Shown here one piece after another: positions 18,429 through 24,600 of a stretch of 24,600 nucleotides of DNA (positions are counted from its first letter, which is position 1; every line of letters begins with the position of its first letter). The stretch is from Promethearchaeati archaeon (GTDB taxonomy: Archaea > Asgardarchaeota > Heimdallarchaeia > JABLTI01), in the NCBI GenBank assembly GCA_013166835.1, contig JABLTI010000041.1, positions 1-24,600 on the forward strand. Direction: 5' to 3'. The notes beneath the pieces were generated by a model, which did not search any database, was not told where the DNA came from, and was given only the letters and a program-made list of their open reading frames with translations. The position numbers and the translations under genes were made by a program.

Positions 18429-18869
18429 TCACAATTCATAGGCACAATTCTCGCATTGTTTCAGCTCTAAAGTATAAGGTGTACCACAATTAGGACAATA
18501 TTTGTGCTGTTGCGGTTCTTCGCTGGCAAATTGAATAGTCGTACCATGAGTTAATAATTCAGCTTCTCTCTTTCTTCTTGATATGACAACAGCGGTTATA
18601 ACAACAGTAAGACAAGCAAATGCACAAGATGCGGGGATTAAAGTGTACAGTAAAATTAGTCCTACCCAAAAATTCCACCAACAGATACCAATCCAAATGG
18701 CTACAGAAGCCACAACAACAAAAAAGCTAATTAGAGCCTGCATAAGTAACAGGACTTCTTTTTTTCTTAGACAATAATCTACCCTCCAAGATTCAATAAA
18801 TCCTAGATAATAAAAAACTATCGAGAAAAGACAAGAAATAATGAAGATAAGAAAAACCAATGATCTCAT
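18429..18869 (-). CDS. 3-TM membrane protein with C-terminal zinc ribbon
   Basis: Hydrophobic helices and CPNCG-x9-CENC. ATGA overlap with the stop of the upstream gene. Confidence 0.75.
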   Translation of the reverse strand: MRSLVFLIFIISCLFSIVFYYLGFIESWRVDYCLRKKEVLLLMQALISFFVVVASVAIWIGICWWNFWVGLILLYTLIPASCAFACLTVVITAVVISRRKREAELLTHGTTIQFASEEPQQHKYCPNCGTPYTLELKQCENCAYEL

Positions 18870-19963
18870 ATAAGTTTGAACGGATTGATTTTTCTCTTAA
18901 AGGCTCTTCTCAACATCCAGAAAATCAGATTTTTTGGTGGTTTCTTAACATCTTTTGCTTTTCGAGGAACCAGAGCTATGGCTTCTTCTGGGCATCCTGA
19001 AACACAGACGCCACAACCAATACAGCTTTCATCAATAATACATGTGTCATTTTTAACCTCTAATAATTTGAGCTGACAGCGATCCACACAATTTCCGCAA
19101 CCAGTACAAGAAGCTTCATCAATAGCCAAAATATAGTCAGATTTCACAAACGCATTTGGTCTTCCAAATTCATTGACTGCTCGAAAAACGTTACAACAAC
19201 AGGTACAGCAATTACAAATATACGGGTGACCCGAAGCAACATTCATAGAAGTATGAATTAGTCCTGCACCCTCAGCTTCTTTGAGATAATCGAGAGCTTC
19301 TTGCATTGTAATTGGTTTAGTGGTATTACTGAAATCAAAGGCATTTTCTTCATTCCAAATTTCTATGCAGACGCTTATAGGATACTCGCAACGATTGTCA
19401 ATTAATCCTTGGTGTACTCGACAAGTGCATTTTCTAATGCCCCAACTTTTTGCATTGAGAATTATTGTTGTAGCTTGACTATAAGGATGAACTTTAAGGT
19501 CTGTTTTGATGGCTTGCTTCACCGGAATGACTCGAAAAATCGGAGGATCCGAAGTAAAAACTATATCACCACGACTTTTCTTGAAATAATCTTCCATTAA
19601 AAGAACTAGTTCCTTATTGTTACGATTAATCTGGTCTTCATAAATACCAGGAACAAAAGGTAGAAGAGCATAATGCTTTCCTTTCTTGTTTCTAAACACT
19701 CGAACTTGACCTTTCTTAAACATTGAATCAAGTCTTTCTGTGAGTTCACAGGCAGACATCTTCAATCGTTTTGATAGCTTCTTTATGGTCTCACCCGGGA
19801 GTTTTAATTTACTAGCTAATAATGCCTCTTCTGGTTCGAAGATCCATTTGAGAACCTTTAAATGAGTCCCATCTTCAACGGGTGGGAAACCATTTGGAAC
19901 TAAGTTCAATGTTTTTGCTAAAATTACATACGGATCACTGCTTCTTTTGCTAACTTTAGCCAT
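18866..19963 (-). CDS. 4Fe-4S dicluster-domain iron-sulfur protein
   Basis: CTCR..C..C, ICNCCTCCC, CTGCGNCVDRCQ and CIGCGVCVSGCP motifs. ATG 19963 behind AGGTG. Confidence 0.9.
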   Translation of the reverse strand: MAKVSKRSSDPYVILAKTLNLVPNGFPPVEDGTHLKVLKWIFEPEEALLASKLKLPGETIKKLSKRLKMSACELTERLDSMFKKGQVRVFRNKKGKHYALLPFVPGIYEDQINRNNKELVLLMEDYFKKSRGDIVFTSDPPIFRVIPVKQAIKTDLKVHPYSQATTIILNAKSWGIRKCTCRVHQGLIDNRCEYPISVCIEIWNEENAFDFSNTTKPITMQEALDYLKEAEGAGLIHTSMNVASGHPYICNCCTCCCNVFRAVNEFGRPNAFVKSDYILAIDEASCTGCGNCVDRCQLKLLEVKNDTCIIDESCIGCGVCVSGCPEEAIALVPRKAKDVKKPPKNLIFWMLRRAFKRKINPFKLI

Positions 19964-20051
19964 TGATTTTAACACCTAAGTCAAAGTTCTGAAATATGAA
20001 TCTAAAATTAGCAACTTTGGAATCATTATAACTCTTGTTATTTATAATGTT

Positions 20052-20435
20052 TTAATGCATATATGTCTGAAAAGATTGCTGATCGAAGTATTCATGAAAT
20101 TCTCTTACAATTTCTCCATCAAATTTAACTACTATACAAATTGGAAATTGAAAAGATTTATTTGTCGCAGCAAATGTACCTGAAACAGATCCTTCAGCAC
20201 ATACCCAGTTTTCTTGACCGAAAACATTCGTCCATTCAAAATGAGCATCAGGAATTCCTTTAATGAATGCCTCATAACCTTCACGAATGACTTTACGACC
20301 TTTAAATTGTTGTTTACGAGCTGCAACATAATCTATAGTTTCTTCATCAAAGAACTCGGTCCAACCATCCATATCTCTATCATTTAATGCTTTGTATATT
20401 TTTCGTACTACATCTGTATACTTGTTATTTGTCAT
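20052..20435 (-). CDS. SnoaL-like/NTF2-family (ester cyclase-like) protein
   Basis: VVRKIYKALNDRD...FKGRK...IPDAHF...GEIVREFHEYFD pattern. Confidence 0.85.
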   Translation of the reverse strand: MTNNKYTDVVRKIYKALNDRDMDGWTEFFDEETIDYVAARKQQFKGRKVIREGYEAFIKGIPDAHFEWTNVFGQENWVCAEGSVSGTFAATNKSFQFPICIVVKFDGEIVREFHEYFDQQSFQTYMH

Positions 20436-20659
20436 TTTTTATTACCTAATTAAAACATATGAGCTTGAGAATTCTATATCTAACGATTGATAATCTAAGA
20501 AATATTCAGCTGTTTTCGTCAGTAACTAATAAATAGAGAATTTGGTGTCTTCTTTGGGTGATTCTTAATTTCAATATGAATAAATAGCTGTATTACTCTT
20601 TAAACAACTGAACACACGACTTAAGGATATTGAATTCATTTGTAAAAATGTGAAAATGA

Positions 20660-21445
20660 ATGAGTATTAGTTCTGTAGAAGAAACTCATGAGATAATAAA
20701 AGTGGATTCGATATTAAGACCTAAGGTTCAACGTATTTTTCCAAAAGAATGGATATTGATTATTTTATTATATGTTCTTTTTTTCATTATTAGAGGAGTT
20801 GGGAGTTTAGGTCCAGAAAACCTACGTATAATTATCCTAGTAGGGTTTGGTTTAATGTGGCCTTTACCATTCATATTTTATTCGAGACCCGGATGGAAAG
20901 TCCTTGGTATAAAGAAAATAGAGAAACCTTGGTGGATTCTTTGGGGATTCCTACTTGGAGCAGGTGCTGCTCTGCTTGTTTATTTTATAGGCTGGGGTAT
21001 TTTTGGAAATACGAATGAACACTGGTATATATCATTATTAAATCAAGTAATTTCAGAAGAAGATCGTGTCTTAATGTCTACTACAGTGCTTTTTCCCATC
21101 GTTACTATTCCTGCGATTATCTTCAGTCCTGTTGGAGAAGAACTATTGTTTAGAGGTATGATTCATGATGCGTTCAAAAAGTCAAATGCAGTTTGGCGTG
21201 CTGGGATCATTAATAGTCTTGCCTTTGCGTTGATCCATATCTTTCACTATGGTGTATCTTATCATTCATCTACTGGATTCGAATTTCAACCTTGGACAGG
21301 TTTGCTGTGGTTCTTCCTAATGGTAGGGGTGAGTGGATTATTTACTCTTTGTCGAGAGAAAAGCGAATCTATTTTTCCTGCTATAGTTGCACATTCTGCT
21401 TTTAATTTGGTTATGAATGCTTCGATTTTTCTCTTTTTACTCTGA
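20660..21445 (+). CDS. CPBP (CAAX/Abi, Rce1-like) intramembrane glutamic protease
   Basis: EELLFRG, FALIH and AHSAFN motifs in a multi-TM protein. Confidence 0.92.
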   Translation: MSISSVEETHEIIKVDSILRPKVQRIFPKEWILIILLYVLFFIIRGVGSLGPENLRIIILVGFGLMWPLPFIFYSRPGWKVLGIKKIEKPWWILWGFLLGAGAALLVYFIGWGIFGNTNEHWYISLLNQVISEEDRVLMSTTVLFPIVTIPAIIFSPVGEELLFRGMIHDAFKKSNAVWRAGIINSLAFALIHIFHYGVSYHSSTGFEFQPWTGLLWFFLMVGVSGLFTLCREKSESIFPAIVAHSAFNLVMNASIFLFLL

Positions 21446-22207
21446 ATTGATTTGCAGTTTTAATCTTCGCTTTCTTACAGAATTATAAATCGCGTAAATT
21501 CCAACCACAATTAAAGTTAATCCAATAACTATTGGTATGCCAAATATAACAAGTCCAAAAAGAATATCCGTCCAAATACTATCAATACTATTTGGAGTAC
21601 GAGCACACATAATAAAGCAAATGAAAAATGTAAGCACAAATAAAGCCGATGGTATCACCAAAATTAATAAGAAAGGTTTATTTATAATTTGAGTTTTAGA
21701 TTTAATTCGAGCAGATTGTTTTTGAAGTTTGAAAGTTTTTTGTACGGAACCACATGTAATGCAATATTTTTCTTGATCAAAAGTATTTTGCATGCATTTA
21801 TCGCAGATAACAAGCAAAAGTTTACCATGTTGATATTCCTTCCAATAATAATTTAACCAATTGTGACAGTAAGCACAATAATACTCTGGTTCTTCACCAG
21901 ATACACCAAACGAAAATGAATTCTTCTTACCACATTTTGGACAAAAAACAAAATCGTCTGTTATCTTGCGGAAATGAATTTCACTCAAAGGAATTTTTTC
22001 CTTTTCACTCATTAATAATCGGACATCGGGATGGGATGGACAAAAAAAGCACTCACCATCTGTATATAATCCCATTTTCTCAGCGTTTGCTATAAGATCT
22101 TTTTCTGAAACCTCAGTCGCTGCGGAGATAAAACTAAGTTCAATTTTCTTTTGTTTCTTAACCAGTTTAATTATCCAAGCTTGAATATCAGTTGAAATTT
22201 CATTCAA
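21437..22207 (-). CDS. multi-zinc-ribbon protein with C-terminal TM hairpin
   Basis: CPKC/CAYC and CDKC/CITC pairs plus two C-terminal TM helices. Probable TTG start at 22207 behind GGAGG. Confidence 0.75.
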   Translation of the reverse strand: MNEISTDIQAWIIKLVKKQKKIELSFISAATEVSEKDLIANAEKMGLYTDGECFFCPSHPDVRLLMSEKEKIPLSEIHFRKITDDFVFCPKCGKKNSFSFGVSGEEPEYYCAYCHNWLNYYWKEYQHGKLLLVICDKCMQNTFDQEKYCITCGSVQKTFKLQKQSARIKSKTQIINKPFLLILVIPSALFVLTFFICFIMCARTPNSIDSIWTDILFGLVIFGIPIVIGLTLIVVGIYAIYNSVRKRRLKLQINSE

Positions 22208-22388
22208 GGAATACCCTCCCGAATTCACATTCCTATACTAATACAAAAAAATATCGTTGAATAAAACAGAAAAATAATAATGTTAAGTTGGTTGAAATTT
22301 TGGATTTACTTTCAAAAGTTCAACCTTCAATAAATTAAAGATTATAATTAATCAGCTTTAAAGTTCAAGAAATCGATAATCACTTGAG

Positions 22389-22805
22389 TTGAGTAAAATT
22401 ACAGACAAGAAAGAAATTGTTCTAGGTGGAGGTTGTTTCTGGTGCATTGAAGCAGTTTACAACCGAATAGATGGTGTAGAAGTTACATCAGGATATGCAG
22501 GTGGATCAACAAAGAATCCGTCTTATGATGAAGTTGTCTCAGGGAGAACTGGTCATGCTGAGGTTGTAAAAGTAATCTACAATCCTGAAATTATTACTTT
22601 GAAGACAATTCTAGATGTTTTCTTTCAAATGCATGATCCAACTACGCGCAATAGACAAGGTAATGATATTGGAACACAATACCGTTCAATAATCCTCTAC
22701 ACAACTCCTAAAGATGAAAAGATAATTCAAGCCCGAGTAATCATCGCACCGAAAATCGCTAAATTAATGAAAACTGTTTTGCCAAAGCTAGAATACTCAA
22801 AGTAA
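22389..22805 (+). CDS. msrA: peptide-methionine (S)-S-oxide reductase MsrA with an in-frame internal deletion (possible pseudogene)
   Basis: GGCFWC, GYAGG, GHAEVV and [19 protein letters not shown] are present. The FYxAExYHQxY...YC segment is absent while the terminal VIIAPKIAK is retained. Confidence 0.88.
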   Translation: MSKITDKKEIVLGGGCFWCIEAVYNRIDGVEVTSGYAGGSTKNPSYDEVVSGRTGHAEVVKVIYNPEIITLKTILDVFFQMHDPTTRNRQGNDIGTQYRSIILYTTPKDEKIIQARVIIAPKIAKLMKTVLPKLEYSK

Positions 22806-22851
22806 TAATTCAGATAATTTTTAAAGATAATATATTTCTTAACTGATTTCA

Positions 22852-23863
22852 CTATTTTTTCTTCTTATTTATTAATTTGAAAATTATAATAGCATAAAAT
22901 ACAATAAATAATGAAAAGACACTAAAACCGTTGGTTTCGTTCGTCGAAAAAAGGCCTGTAATTTCTAAGATTTCCAGTCCTTGATTATCATCAGCAACAA
23001 AAGCTATGTTATTTTGAACTGCTATACCATATGCTCCTCCACCATCGAAAAATTGACCAATTTCATTAGGATTTTCAGGATCATTGATGTCTAAGATCTC
23101 TAATCCATTATTGTAATCTGCAACAAATACATAACCATTGATGAAATAAGCGTTTTCTGAAGCTCCACCATCAAAGTGGTTAGATAAGAGAACTGGATCT
23201 TCAGGATTACTAACATTGAAAATTGATAATCCGACACCCCAATTAGCAACTAAAGCTAAATCGCCAACAACACTAATGCCTGCAACAATATCAGTAGTAT
23301 TGTATTGTCCTAATTTCTGTGGATTCGTCTTATCAGTCACATCAACAATTGTAAACCCATAAAATTCTCCGTAAATATATGTTCCTAGATAAGCAGTATT
23401 TTCTTCTACATAGACAGCACTTGTATTACCACTGTCATAGTAATGATAGATTTCAGAAGGGTTCTGAGGATCAGAAATATTTAGAATTTGTAATCCATAA
23501 GAATCAATAAATGCACAATCACCCTCAATGTCAAAGGTATTCATAACAGATCCATTGAAATGACTTAGTTGCACAGGATGTTCAGGATCACTTATGTTGA
23601 TAATCTCAAAACCGTTTTCCCAGCCCGTGACATAAGCGATGTGGATCAGAGACATTTAGGATGTGCAATCCTGTTTGTAAATCAGCAACAAATGCGACAT
23701 CATCTCTTACTTTTACATCAAAAGCTCGACCATGAGTAGAGTATACACTTAGTTTTGTTATTACAACATCTGAGCTATCAACAGATTTAGTTTTTGTTAG
23801 ATTAAAACCAACAATGAAGATAATAACTGAGAAAGAAACAATTTTTTGAATTCTGTTTTTCAT
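22852..23863 (-). pseudogene. LVIVD-repeat surface protein split by a deletion/frameshift at about 23641
   Basis: 5' frame: signal peptide and first repeat ending LNVSDP. 3' frame resumes at IAYVTGW. Junction reads GAT CCA C ATC GCT TAT. C-terminal NGF-TM-KKKK anchor. Confidence 0.8.
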
Positions 23864-24009
23864 TAACATATCCCCCAATGAACATCAGACATTTATTAAT
23901 AAGATATTATTATTAGTCTGGGAAAAAGAGAATTTTTTCTACTACTAAAACGAATTTCAAATAGTTTATTATAATCTCTTATAGAAAAAAGAGAAGAATT
24001 TGTTTTTCT

Positions 24010-24600
24010 TTAAACTCTTCTCTTCTTCAGAATTCTAACTACTAGAATTATTGAGACAATTACAACTACTCCAACAACTACTGCAGGAATTATTTTCATT
24101 AGTAAACTCCTTGCCGGATTTGATTCAGTCAAAGTGTAGTGTCTACTGTCATATTGATGGTAAGTGTAATTATTGTTTATTTCAATAATTATTTTGTTTA
24201 GTTTATAGAATTCCTCTAGAACACCACCTTCAGAGTATTCTAACACGAATGTAGCATTTGCTTCCTCAACCTCAAATGACGTTATTTCTGGACCTCGAGC
24301 TTCGAGCAAGCCAGAGTAATCAAATGTTGCTGCCCAATGGTGATTTGTTGGGACCATTTTGTCTAAACCAGTAGTATAATCACTTTCTCCCATAATGAAG
24401 TAAGTACAATTATCTAAGAAATCCTGAAAAGTAATTTCTGTTCCATTGACAGTGTCAATAACAATCGAATTATCAAAAACTGCTTGTATAAGACTGTTTG
24501 TTATGCCCCAATCTGCAGTGCAAAAGTATCTAATAGGAAATCGGGTTTCACCGTTGTTTACCTGAACATCACTCAAATAAGTTTCATTTTCAATATCATC
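24010..24600 (-). CDS. C-terminally anchored surface protein, 5'-truncated by window edge
   Basis: Frame open to 24600 (DDIENETYLSDVQ...), several NxT sequons, terminal TM plus KKRRV. Confidence 0.75.
   Translation of the reverse strand, partial: DDIENETYLSDVQVNNGETRFPIRYFCTADWGITNSLIQAVFDNSIVIDTVNGTEITFQDFLDNCTYFIMGESDYTTGLDKMVPTNHHWAATFDYSGLLEARGPEITSFEVEEANATFVLEYSEGGVLEEFYKLNKIIIEINNNYTYHQYDSRHYTLTESNPARSLLMKIIPAVVVGVVVIVSIILVVRILKKRRV

Noticed and set aside
1822-20329. Short overlapping or antisense ORFs in the track (e.g. 1822, 2057, 2783, 3615, 4346, 7012, 7203, 9425, 9693, 9809, 12712, 13938, 15390, 17625, 18583, 18876, 19409, 20132)
   Set aside because: They shadow well-supported genes and show no recognisable motifs. 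The 12712/13938 pair only reflects the duplication.
20660-21445. CAAX protease as part of a lipidation system with the NMT-like genes
   Set aside because: CPBP proteases are ubiquitous in prokaryotes, and this gene is about 6 kb away with unrelated genes between.
23606-23655. Programmed frameshift joining the two LVIVD ORFs
   Set aside because: No slippery sequence at the junction, and part of a repeat is missing, which fits a deletion.

Overview
AT-rich, gene-dense prokaryotic window with about 25 CDS. I saw no rRNA, tRNA, CRISPR array or transposase. The content points to an Asgard archaeon, probably Heimdallarchaeia-like (inference): a gelsolin plus domain-X protein, LVIVD and NosD surface proteins with TM plus basic tails, many zinc-ribbon membrane proteins, GGTG/GGAG Shine-Dalgarno sites with TTG/GTG starts, and BRE-TATA-like promoters. 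The main observation is a tandemly duplicated pair of 362-aa double-GNAT proteins (12623-13711, 13849-14937) that look colinear, motif by motif, with eukaryotic glycylpeptide N-myristoyltransferase. They lie between a membrane acyltransferase and a membrane protein carrying only the N-lobe of a Ser/Thr kinase. Also notable: a compact 1DGelX-type gelsolin, a shared TM-hairpin/zinc-ribbon module, a wHTH gene with an internal SD and start codon, and two neighbouring genes with internal deletions (msrA and an LVIVD gene). All family calls are by-eye motif recognition; no searches were run.
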